DNA from: an uncultured Candidatus Brevefilum sp.
GTDB lineage: Bacteria > Chloroflexota > Anaerolineae > Anaerolineales > Anaerolineaceae
NCBI GenBank assembly: GCA_964575595.1
Contig: CAZNRI010000007.1
Span: 2,749 to 66,748 of the forward strand
Length of the DNA: 64,000 bases
Reading direction: 5' to 3'
This document shows, piece after piece, positions 30,521-39,730 of the stretch (position 1 is the stretch's first letter; every line of letters starts with the position of its first letter). The notes beneath the pieces were generated by a model. It saw nothing but the letters and a program-made list of their open reading frames with translations, did not search any database and was not told the DNA's origin. Position numbers and translations under genes: made by a program.

Positions 30521-31536
30521 GGCGATAAAGTCAGGTCTTCACGAAGAAGATAACCATATCCTGGCGCTTCTTCCCCCCGGTAGGTCTTCATAAAAATATT
30601 CTCCCCCTCAACTGTGATGATCAAAAATGTGCCTGGCGAAGGCAAGTAACGCGTCCCGGCTGCATGACCGGCGTCTATTTCCCAAACCCCATTGATTTTC
30701 ACTGCACTGTAATTATGAGTGTGCCCATGAATGTAAGCTACAACATTGTGATCCGCCAATAAAGCCCAAAAGCGGTCTCGCGCCTCAGGATATTGGTCAA
30801 GGCTTTCATGTAAGTGATTCATGATTCCTGTCTGATCATCGGGTTGGGGAAATGCAGGCTCATGCCCAAAGACGAAATTATGCTCTTTCGTGGTCCCTGC
30901 TAAATCCGCCGACAGCCAATCATATATCGTATCGGAAATGCTGCCATCAATCCCCCAGGGCGCTTCTTCATTACAGTAAACATTTAACATCACAAAATGC
31001 GTGTTTTGATAGTCAAAGCTGTAAGTGGTACGTGGACAGGGCTCTGGCCCCCAACGGACGACGTTAGGTTCATCTGCCCCATTGGGGTCGTAACTATAAT
31101 TCTGAAGAAAATCGAAATCCGCTGCGCCAAAATCATGATTACCGGGCAGAGGAAACCACAGGTAATCATCGCCTAACACCTGGTCAATCGACCAGCGCGT
31201 GTCCGCAGCCGGCAGCACGTCGCCGGTACTGACCATGAACTCACCCGGTCCGAAAATTTTGACATAACCCAGCAGTGCTGCAAAGAAGTGAGGATAATCA
31301 ATGTATTCCGGTGCGCCTGTATAAGACATATCCGAGGTGACCACAAAGCTGAACTTGGGGACGGGCGTGGACGTCGCCGTGGGTGAAGGCGTTGCAGAGG
31401 GGGAAGGCAAAAGCGTCTCTGTCGGTTCACCGGTTGCTGTGGGGATTTGTGTTTCTATAGTCAGCTCTGGTGTTGGTAAGGCGCATGCACCGAGGAGGAG
31501 CATCAACCCCAGAACCATAAAACTCATCCTTTTCAT
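30517..31536 (-). CDS. Calcineurin-like metallophosphoesterase lipoprotein
   Basis: Lipobox LGAC, PT linker, TSDMS, TGD, PGNHD, GHEP, HGHTH. Confidence 0.85.
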   Translation of the reverse strand: MKRMSFMVLGLMLLLGACALPTPELTIETQIPTATGEPTETLLPSPSATPSPTATSTPVPKFSFVVTSDMSYTGAPEYIDYPHFFAALLGYVKIFGPGEFMVSTGDVLPAADTRWSIDQVLGDDYLWFPLPGNHDFGAADFDFLQNYSYDPNGADEPNVVRWGPEPCPRTTYSFDYQNTHFVMLNVYCNEEAPWGIDGSISDTIYDWLSADLAGTTKEHNFVFGHEPAFPQPDDQTGIMNHLHESLDQYPEARDRFWALLADHNVVAYIHGHTHNYSAVKINGVWEIDAGHAAGTRYLPSPGTFLIITVEGENIFMKTYRGEEAPGYGYLLREDLTLSP

Positions 31537-31584
31537 AGCTTAAGTGTGAGACACAAATATTTGTTTTTTATTGGAAGCGGCGTG

Positions 31585-32832
31585 TTAGGGGAGCAACTGA
31601 CTCCAATTGGCGCCGCCGTCTGTGGTGCGGTACAGCTTGAGAGGGATCAGGGTGCTCTCATCCGGTGTGGCAATCACCCAGCCATGCTGCCCGTCAACAA
31701 AATCCACTTCCAGAATGCTCTCGCCTGCGGGAATGCCCGAACCGGCAGCCGGCATCCAGGTTGTCCCGCCGTCCACCGTTTGCAGTAGGTCCGTTCCCAC
31801 GGCTACCCAACCGCCATCAATGCTGTAAAAGTCCACTGCCCCACCATCCTGAACCGCACTTTGAAAGTTCCAGGTCTGTCCGCTGTCACTACTGCGGTAG
31901 ATCAACAAGTGCATTGTGGAATCCGACGCCATAGCACGCACGGGGAGATAGCCCACACTCATGTTAGTAAAAAATGGCTGCCAAACCTCCAGAAAGCTGC
32001 CCGAGTATGGTGCAGGAAGGGAAATATCCGTCTCCTGCGCCCAGGTCGCACCGCCATCAGTGGTCATATAAAGATAGAAGTAATCGGTCATGGGGATGGT
32101 TCCCCCCACCCAGCCATTGTTCATATCCAGAAACGTTATCCCGCTCTTTGACCCGCTCTCAGGCAGGGATTTTGACTCACCGGGTTCATGGGAAAATATT
32201 TCAGCCCAGGATTCCCCGCCGTCAACCGTGCGGTACAGGGCAACGTAATGGGAGCCGGCACCCGCCCCAAGGCTAACGAGAGCATATCCATCGTTTAAAT
32301 TTAAGAAGAAGTATCGAGCGTTATCGAAAGGCAAGGCTGTCGTAGTCCAATTGACACCGCCGTCCTGTGTATGATAAAGTATGCCGGCACCCGTGTTATT
32401 AGGCGTGAACCAGGCAGTGGACTCATCCAGGAAGAACGGCTGCAGGCTGTAAGTGGTCAGCCCCGAAGGTAATGGATGCAGCCCTGAGGGGGTAGCGTCC
32501 AGCCAGGTATCACCCCCGTCGAGCGTCAGGAGCAAATAGTCTCCATCCTGCGTCACCGCCCAACCTTTAAACGGCGTGAACATCTCAACATGACGAATAA
32601 TCGAGCTGGAGAAAACGGGCAGACCTGGTACAGGTTCTTCCGTTGCTGTGGATGTAACCGTGGCGGTTTCTGTCTCAGTGGGCGATTCCGTCTGCGTCTC
32701 TGTCGGCGGCTCAATAACCTCGGTGTCTGTGACACCAACGGGGGTTGGCTCCTCTTCCCAGGGAAGGTTACAAGATAACGCTGCCAAAACCAAAATAAGG
32801 ATTGACAAACCAAGGGCGATTCTATTATTCAT
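31585..32832 (-). CDS. BNR/Asp-box (YCF48-like) beta-propeller lipoprotein
   Basis: Lipobox LSC; repeated T.DGG.[TS]W Asp-boxes; SD GGAGGA before ATG 32832. Confidence 0.8.
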   Translation of the reverse strand: MNNRIALGLSILILVLAALSCNLPWEEEPTPVGVTDTEVIEPPTETQTESPTETETATVTSTATEEPVPGLPVFSSSIIRHVEMFTPFKGWAVTQDGDYLLLTLDGGDTWLDATPSGLHPLPSGLTTYSLQPFFLDESTAWFTPNNTGAGILYHTQDGGVNWTTTALPFDNARYFFLNLNDGYALVSLGAGAGSHYVALYRTVDGGESWAEIFSHEPGESKSLPESGSKSGITFLDMNNGWVGGTIPMTDYFYLYMTTDGGATWAQETDISLPAPYSGSFLEVWQPFFTNMSVGYLPVRAMASDSTMHLLIYRSSDSGQTWNFQSAVQDGGAVDFYSIDGGWVAVGTDLLQTVDGGTTWMPAAGSGIPAGESILEVDFVDGQHGWVIATPDESTLIPLKLYRTTDGGANWSQLLP

Positions 32833-33275
32833 TATGTCCTCCAGGGACAAACCAATGGATTTATTCTTCATTATGAACTACAAAATATGAGCTGGTAAAA
32901 GCTATATTTTGAGCTTATCACATGGGAGGATTAGAAGTCAATGACATTAATTTTATAATTTCCGTTTGATGTTATGCACTTAATTCCAATACACAACGGT
33001 ATGGCGGGTTGGGGGCAACAGCAGCAAACCAGCGAGTATTCTTCACCTCTGGGGATTAACCAGTGCACATCTTCACGCAAGCCTTCAAGGAGCAGGGCGA
33101 ATCCGGCGCGACCGGTTTGGAATAGAGAATATGGGATTCCTTTGAAAACAGCCCTCTTTTATATTATAGAACCAGCATACAACATCCACCGTCTCGCCGG
33201 TTGCCAATCTATTAACATTCGTTATAATTAATACAAAACCTGTCCATTATCTGTGGTTTTTCGAAAGGAGCCGAA

Positions 33276-34616
33276 ATGTCCCAGATCAAATCCGTCGTCA
33301 AGCGTGATGGGTCTGTTGTTGACTTCACACCGCAAAGGATCACCAATGCCATTTACCGGGCGGCTGTGGCAGTAGGTGGGCGAGATAAAAACACCTCCAA
33401 AAAACTGGCGGATGAAGTGGTTAAGATCCTTGAAGAGCAAACCCCTAAAGACGAAAATCCAACCGTGGAACAAATTCAGGATATCGTCGAGAAGGTGCTC
33501 ATCGAGAACGGTCACGCCAAAGTCGCCAAAGCCTTTATCCTCTATCGCGCGGAACGGGCAAAGCTGCGTGAGCAGCGTAAAGAACGTGCTGCAGAGCCCT
33601 CCACCAATATCCCCTGGTCAAAACTATGGCGCATCCTCGATTGGGCTGTGGACCATAACTTTCATACCGTAGAACATCTCAATGAGCGCATTCAAAAGGG
33701 TGAGTTCTCAGAGATTGTCGGCTCTTCGGAAGCCTTTTACCAAGAGGATGTAGAAAATGCCGCTCATCTGATCGCCGAGCGTAAAGATGAACTGCGAATG
33801 GTGATCATCGCCGGTCCATCATCCTCCGGCAAAACGACCACGACCATCAAGCTGGGAGACCGGTTGGCGCGGCACGACATGAAATTGGTCACATTGAACG
33901 TGGACAACTATTTCTTCGACCTGGAAATGCACCCCCAGGACGAGTTCGGCGATTATGACTTTGAAACGCCGCAGGCATTAGACCTGAACTTGATCAATGA
34001 ACATCTCACCCGTTTGTTTGAAGGCGAAGAGGTCAAAATCCCCTTCTATGATTTCAAGACGGGCACCCGCCATTCAGAGCAAACCCCCATGAAGCTGGCA
34101 CCCAACGAGGTGATCCTGATCGACAGCCTGCATGGACTGTATCCAGATATGACCAAGGATATCCCGCCTGAGAAAAAATTTCAGCTCTACATTGAACCCC
34201 TGCTGCAGCTCAAAGCCCCGGATGGCCGTTATATCCGCTGGACCGATATCCGTCTGATACGGCGCATGCTGCGGGACGCCTCGCACCGAGCTTATGATCC
34301 CACCAAGACCCTTCTGCACTGGCACTATGTGCGTGCCAGCGAATTGCGTAACATCATCCCCTATGTGAATACCACCGATTACATCGTCAACAGCGCCATG
34401 CCCTATGAGATGCCGATCTATAAAGCCAAGTTGTTTGACGAGTTTAAGAGATGGACGGAAGAGTACGAGGATGATCCCCTGCGGGCGGATGCTTATAAGC
34501 GTGCCAGTCGAGTTTATAAACTGATGCAGTCCCTAGTGGCTATCGAGGATGATTCCATTGTCCCGGAGAATTCCGTCATCCGTGAATTCATCGGCGGGAG
34601 CATTTACGAGTATTAA
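33276..34616 (+). CDS. ATP-cone domain fused to a uridine kinase-like P-loop nucleoside kinase
   Basis: VVKRDGSVVDF..RITNAI..VEQIQDIVEKVL..VAKAFILYR (ATP cone); IAGPSSSGKTTT, VDNYF, IPFYDFKTG, DSLH, RLIRRMLRD. Confidence 0.85.
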   Translation: MSQIKSVVKRDGSVVDFTPQRITNAIYRAAVAVGGRDKNTSKKLADEVVKILEEQTPKDENPTVEQIQDIVEKVLIENGHAKVAKAFILYRAERAKLREQRKERAAEPSTNIPWSKLWRILDWAVDHNFHTVEHLNERIQKGEFSEIVGSSEAFYQEDVENAAHLIAERKDELRMVIIAGPSSSGKTTTTIKLGDRLARHDMKLVTLNVDNYFFDLEMHPQDEFGDYDFETPQALDLNLINEHLTRLFEGEEVKIPFYDFKTGTRHSEQTPMKLAPNEVILIDSLHGLYPDMTKDIPPEKKFQLYIEPLLQLKAPDGRYIRWTDIRLIRRMLRDASHRAYDPTKTLLHWHYVRASELRNIIPYVNTTDYIVNSAMPYEMPIYKAKLFDEFKRWTEEYEDDPLRADAYKRASRVYKLMQSLVAIEDDSIVPENSVIREFIGGSIYEY

Positions 34617-34627
34617 TAAATCAATCC

Positions 34628-35866
34628 CTAAGCTTCAATCGCCTGGATTAAATCGCGAACAATATCCTCCGCGTCTTCAATTCCCACAGATAGGCGTACG
34701 AGCCCATCCGTAATCCCCGCCGCCAGCCGCTTCTCTCGGGGCGTGTTACGGTGGGTCATGCTGGCAGGATGCTGCACAAGGGTATCTACATTCCCCAAAC
34801 TCACTGCCAAAGTCGCCACACGGACGTGATCCATCATCCGCTTGCCCGCTTCTAACCCTCCCTTCAGCTCAAAAGCAACCATGCCCCCGTAATCCGTCAT
34901 CTGCAGCCGTGCCAGAGCATGATCAGGGTGGCTGGTCAGCCCCGGGTAGTAAACCCTTCCGACGACCGAGTGTGCTTCCAATCGCCTTGCCACCCGCAGG
35001 GCATTACGGCAGTGCTGCGCCATGCGCAGTTCAAAAGTCTTCAAACCGATGTTCGCCATCCAGGTATCTATGGGGCTGGGCGTGCCCCCCAGGAGTTTAT
35101 AAACTTGATAGAGTTCACCCTCCAAGAGATCTAAATCTGTGGTCAACACTGCGCCGCCCAAAACCTGGCCGTGTCCCGATAAGTATTTCGTCGTGGAATG
35201 CACAATTACATCTGCGCCGAGCTTGAAAGGTCGCTGGCAGTAGGGCGTGGCAAAGGTGTTGTCGACGGCCACCCTAGCGCCATGCTCGTGAGCCATCTCG
35301 GTAACATTTTGGATATCCGTCAATCGCAGTGTGGGGTTGACTGGCGTTTCCACATAAGCCAACTTTGCATCTGGATGGGCGTCAAAAGCCTCTGCCCAAC
35401 CCTCAGGGGTGTTATCCGTCACCCAGACCACATTAATTCCATAACGTGGGGCAAGGTTATTCATAAACAGGTACGTGCCGTCATACAGCGCTGCCTGGGT
35501 CAACACCGTCTCCCCAGCCTGTACACATGCGAGGATGGCGGCCGTGACAGCCGCCATACCGGATGCGAACACTAAACCGCCGACGATTTCTTCCGGATCG
35601 GTGTCGGGATTCCCTCGGATCAGGTCCCAGGCTTCCAGTGCCGCTAATTTCTTGGCTAACTGTTGATGGTTGGGGTTGTTCAATCGTGTGTAATAATATC
35701 CAGGCTCTTCACCGCCGGCGATCGCTGCACCGGAGTCGGTATCCTCAAAGGCAAACACAGTGTTTTGATAAATGGGCGAGATATGAGCGTTCTCTGCATT
35801 CTCAAATTCTGTGTAATGAGTCAAGAAGGTGGACAGACCTGAATACCTGCTGGGATGTTGTTTCAC
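34628..35866 (-). CDS. Methionine gamma-lyase / Cys-Met PLP-dependent lyase
   Basis: YYTRLNNP, FASGMAA, ETPVNP, VDNTFATP, HSTTKYLSGHG, AVSLG..HPASMTH; GTG 35866 with SD AAGGAG. Confidence 0.85.
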   Translation of the reverse strand: MKQHPSRYSGLSTFLTHYTEFENAENAHISPIYQNTVFAFEDTDSGAAIAGGEEPGYYYTRLNNPNHQQLAKKLAALEAWDLIRGNPDTDPEEIVGGLVFASGMAAVTAAILACVQAGETVLTQAALYDGTYLFMNNLAPRYGINVVWVTDNTPEGWAEAFDAHPDAKLAYVETPVNPTLRLTDIQNVTEMAHEHGARVAVDNTFATPYCQRPFKLGADVIVHSTTKYLSGHGQVLGGAVLTTDLDLLEGELYQVYKLLGGTPSPIDTWMANIGLKTFELRMAQHCRNALRVARRLEAHSVVGRVYYPGLTSHPDHALARLQMTDYGGMVAFELKGGLEAGKRMMDHVRVATLAVSLGNVDTLVQHPASMTHRNTPREKRLAAGITDGLVRLSVGIEDAEDIVRDLIQAIEA

Positions 35867-36140
35867 GATAGTTCTCCTTGGATAATATAAAACCAAATAA
35901 TATATTCACAGCCCTCATTGGGCTGACTGTTGATAAACACTCCTGAATGCTATCAGCTAACCACACGCGTCCACAACCATTTTGATTTCAGCCATAGGAC
36001 TATTTTAGCATACTCAAAATTTAAAATTTTTTGATAACATAGTATGCAAAATCTGGACTTTGCGAGTATCCTGATCACAATTACTATTTATATAATTTAT
36101 AATCAAAATATACAGTAACTAAAAGGGAAAGGTGCAATGG

Positions 36141-36827
36141 ATGTCATTTGAACTAACTTGGATCGGACATGCAACTTTAAGCCTTGAAACAGGTGGGTAC
36201 AAACTGCTTGTGGATCCCTACATTCGCAATAACCCCACAGCGAAAGCTGATGCTGACACGATTGAGGCGGATTACATTCTCGTCACCCATGGACACGGCG
36301 ATCATATCGGTGATACTGTTGAGATCGCAAAACGCACCGGTGCAACGGTCATCTCAAATGCAGAAATCAGCGGCTGGCTTCGCAAAAGAGGCATCAAGAC
36401 ACACGGTCAGCATATCGGCGGCGGTTTCACCCATCCCTTCGGGCACCTTAAACTGACCCTCGCTTTGCATGGGTCCGAACTCCCGGACGGCTCTAGCGGC
36501 GGCAACCCCGCCGGTTTTCTGCTGACCACCAATAACGACGAAAAGATCTATATGGCGGGCGATACGGGACTTTTTGGTGATATGCGCTTGATCGGAGAAG
36601 AAGGGTTGGCGCTGGCTGTGATCCCCATCGGCGATAATTACACCATGGGGCCGGCTGACGCGTTGCGGGCGGTAAAACTACTCACACCGGAACATGTCAT
36701 CCCTATCCACTATAACACCTTCGATCTCATCTCACAGGACGCCGAAGCCTGGGCTGAAAATGTGCGAGCAGAGACAGATGCACAGGTTCACGTGCTCAAG
36801 ACGGGCGAGCGCTTTGTCTATCCCTAA
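36141..36827 (+). CDS. Metal-dependent hydrolase, metallo-beta-lactamase fold (UPF0173/YtkL-like)
   Basis: WIGHA, THGHGDHIGD, AGDTGLF, PIGDNYTMG, PIHYNTF. Confidence 0.9.
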   Translation: MSFELTWIGHATLSLETGGYKLLVDPYIRNNPTAKADADTIEADYILVTHGHGDHIGDTVEIAKRTGATVISNAEISGWLRKRGIKTHGQHIGGGFTHPFGHLKLTLALHGSELPDGSSGGNPAGFLLTTNNDEKIYMAGDTGLFGDMRLIGEEGLALAVIPIGDNYTMGPADALRAVKLLTPEHVIPIHYNTFDLISQDAEAWAENVRAETDAQVHVLKTGERFVYP

Positions 36828-36890
36828 GCTTCAATCAAAGTCTGTAACATTGAAATAATATGAAATAAGCTGCGAACCGTGCCTGTGGGA

Positions 36891-37721
36891 TTATTTCTGA
36901 CGGGAGCGGATGAAGAAGAATGCCAACCCGGCGCCGCCGGCAAGTAGGAACAAGCCAATCACCAACAACAACGGTGACCGTCCTCCGCCGGTAATTGGAA
37001 CCTCTTCCGTGCTCATGGATGAACCGGGCTGCGCGCCAAAATCAACAATGATCAAATCGCCCGCCGTCACCGTCAGGGAATAATTCAGGCTGGTGGTGGG
37101 ATTATAGCCTTCCGGGATACCCATAGTGAGGTTGTACTCCCCTTCCGGGACGTCGTTAAAGCATGCTAGATCATTAGCATCATCACTATCAGTTACGTCG
37201 TATAGATCCGGATCACCGCCAACAGTATTGCGTGTCTCAGAGTACGTTCCAATCCGGTCATTCATACTGACCACCCCTCCCGCCAGATAAAATTCCCCTT
37301 CGGAACGCATCTGATTACCGTCCAGGTCTTCATACAACACGACACAAACCTTGCCGCTTCCTTCAAAAGGCGTGGGCGTGGGCAGACCTTGCGTCGGCGT
37401 TGGGGTAGGGCCTTCAGGTGTGGCGGTTGCTGGCGCCACGGTTGCCAGGATTAATTCCTGCGAAGGAACAATACTGCAATCTTCGTCAAGACCATTCATT
37501 GCAATGATCTGATCAATGGTGACCCCCGTTAAGATATAAATGCGCGTGCAGTTATCGCCTTCCTGGACCGTGTAAATGATCTGTCCGTCGGCATTGGGCG
37601 TTGGCGTCTGGTATGATGCTTGCTGCAAGGTACTGGCGTTCGCCGGTTTGGTCGCCAAAAAGAGCACGGCAACAAATACAATCAACGCGGCTGTTAGCAG
37701 ATATAATGTTTGTTTTTTCAT
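36891..37721 (-). CDS. Secreted LysM-domain protein with SdrD-B-like domain and C-terminal membrane anchor
   Basis: Signal peptide, LysM YTVQEGDNCTRI..MNGL, PT linker, LYEDLDGNQMRSEGE, VPITG, TM helix and RSRQK tail. Confidence 0.8.
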   Translation of the reverse strand: MKKQTLYLLTAALIVFVAVLFLATKPANASTLQQASYQTPTPNADGQIIYTVQEGDNCTRIYILTGVTIDQIIAMNGLDEDCSIVPSQELILATVAPATATPEGPTPTPTQGLPTPTPFEGSGKVCVVLYEDLDGNQMRSEGEFYLAGGVVSMNDRIGTYSETRNTVGGDPDLYDVTDSDDANDLACFNDVPEGEYNLTMGIPEGYNPTTSLNYSLTVTAGDLIIVDFGAQPGSSMSTEEVPITGGGRSPLLLVIGLFLLAGGAGLAFFFIRSRQK

Positions 37722-37824
37722 AAGCATTTTTCTTTCTAAGCAAGGATTATAACATTTCCTCAAATTATCGCCAGTCAAGGCATTTTGAGGATCCTCTATT
37801 TAATTATATAATTATGACCTCGAT

Positions 37825-38634
37825 ATGAGCAAATTTATCGGAAAGAAGCACGCCCTTCATTTAGTTATAGTCATCCTCATCCTGAGCACCCTCTTACTCA
37901 CTTCAGGATGCGATATCCTCCTGCCTGCACCGCCGCTGCCGGCAACAGCCACAGCCACGCAGACGTTGACACCCACACCAACCATCGATTGGTTTCCTGC
38001 CACAGCCACTTCCACTTTCATACCCATAGCCAGCCAGACCCCACAGCCCACCATCGCTGACTCACGAGAAGGTATCACGGAAGTGCTGATTGATGATGAT
38101 TTCACCGATGAGAGCCTGTGGACGACCCAGCAAACCGGATCCGGCAATATCGTCTATGGTACTGAAAATCTGACCCTGGCTGTAGCCAATCCGAACGCCC
38201 ATCTTTTCAGCGTCAGCCAGCATGAATTGAGTAAGAATTTCTACCTTGAAATGACGTTTCAGACTTCGTTTTGTGAGCCTTTGGATCAATTTGGGATTAT
38301 ATTCTGGCAACAATCCGAAGGCAATTACTACCAAATTGTGTTCAGTTGCGCTGGCGAATACCGTTTAGAACTCGTCCAAGGAGGACGGTCTGCTGTGATT
38401 CGTAGTTGGGAAACCGCCACTCAGATGCAGCCCAGTCACCCGGCAACCAATCGAGTGGGTCTGTGGGTCTACCAGGGGCAGTTCCAGCTCTACATCAACG
38501 ATACCTTTCAATTTGAGGAACGGATCGCACAGGACCGCACCGGCTTCTTAGGGGTTTTTGCCAGGACGGTTGACGGCGACGCCATGACTGTCCGCTTTTC
38601 CGAGCTTCAAATTTTCAGGGTCAATCCTGAGTGA
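37825..38634 (+). CDS. Hypothetical lipoprotein (PT linker plus beta-sandwich domain)
   Basis: Lipobox TSGC, PT-rich linker, IDDDFTDESLW... beta-rich domain. Confidence 0.7.
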   Translation: MSKFIGKKHALHLVIVILILSTLLLTSGCDILLPAPPLPATATATQTLTPTPTIDWFPATATSTFIPIASQTPQPTIADSREGITEVLIDDDFTDESLWTTQQTGSGNIVYGTENLTLAVANPNAHLFSVSQHELSKNFYLEMTFQTSFCEPLDQFGIIFWQQSEGNYYQIVFSCAGEYRLELVQGGRSAVIRSWETATQMQPSHPATNRVGLWVYQGQFQLYINDTFQFEERIAQDRTGFLGVFARTVDGDAMTVRFSELQIFRVNPE

Positions 38635-38662
38635 TTTCCTTTTAGTTTTGAATTGATAGCTG

Positions 38663-39682
38663 TTATTCCCCAATCAACGGGACGGAGATGGTGGGCCATT
38701 GGAGCATGAGTGTCTCCACCAGGAGCTGCGCGTTGGCATATGCGTCCAGTTGCTCAAGGGCTTGTTCATGCGCCACGACCAGAGACCGGGCAATGCTCAC
38801 GTCCACCTGAGATGCCGTACGTTCCACCTGTAATTCCAGATCAATATTAACCAGAGGCAGCGATGCGCCGGATGCCCTCACAAAGACATCCCGCCAGTAA
38901 GACAACCAGATAGGCAGAACTTCAGCGACGTTCTCCCGCGCCGTTTGATAATTCCCGGTCAATTTGGCAGCGAGGCTGAACCGTTCATAGCGTTTCGCCG
39001 GCAGTAGATTCAAGAAATCGCGCAAATGACCACGCCTGCGAGATAAAGCTGCAGGGTCTTCCACCATACGAATGGCTGCGCCAACTCGTCCACTGGAAAG
39101 GTGTGCTGCCAACCTGGCTAGGTCCGTTGTGGCACCCATCTCCGATTCGAGAAAACTTTGTGCGGATTCAATTGATGCAGGCCGCAGGCGGATGACCTCA
39201 CAACGAGAGACGATAGTGGGCAGTAAGTTCTCCAGTGCATCAGCCGTCAGAAGCAGGACAACCTTGTCCTGCGGCTCTTCCAGTGTCTTCAAGAGTGCAT
39301 TGGCGGCTTGCATGGTCGCCCTTTGAAAATCCGGCAGGAGGGCAATGCGGTAAGAAGCTGAATAGGGCGCCAACGCCAGGGTATGCTGCAGACCGCGCAC
39401 CTGGTCAATTAGAATATCTTTGTGCCCTTCTTCAGGCGCCAACACGCTCAAATCTGGATAAGCCATTGATTGAATTTGTCTGCAGTCCCGGCATTGATCA
39501 CAAAATTCACCCGGCTCAGGCGGCTGTGTGCAGTTGAGCGCCTGTGCGAAGCGCAGCGCCAGGGTGCGTCGCCCCACGCCCTCCGGACCGGTAAATAAAT
39601 AAGCGTGCCTGAGTTTATCACCAGCAGCGTGTGCCCGCAGTAGATTCACCGCCCAATCATGTCCATGTAGTTTCCATTCCAT
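38663..39682 (-). CDS. holB: DNA polymerase III subunit delta-prime
   Basis: HAYLFTGPEGVG, LNC...CDQCRDC Zn motif, AANALLKTLEEP, LLPTIVSRC. Confidence 0.93.
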   Translation of the reverse strand: MEWKLHGHDWAVNLLRAHAAGDKLRHAYLFTGPEGVGRRTLALRFAQALNCTQPPEPGEFCDQCRDCRQIQSMAYPDLSVLAPEEGHKDILIDQVRGLQHTLALAPYSASYRIALLPDFQRATMQAANALLKTLEEPQDKVVLLLTADALENLLPTIVSRCEVIRLRPASIESAQSFLESEMGATTDLARLAAHLSSGRVGAAIRMVEDPAALSRRRGHLRDFLNLLPAKRYERFSLAAKLTGNYQTARENVAEVLPIWLSYWRDVFVRASGASLPLVNIDLELQVERTASQVDVSIARSLVVAHEQALEQLDAYANAQLLVETLMLQWPTISVPLIGE

Positions 39683-39730
39683 GACCTAATTGTAGCTTAA
39701 GAATGCGGAACACTAAGGTAAAATCATCTT

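Noticed and set aside
35900-36000. Possible SAM-I riboswitch upstream of the methionine gamma-lyase
   Set aside because: TTATCAACAG, GCCC and GAGGG fragments occur in the wrong order and there is no GCAACC; only two simple hairpins.
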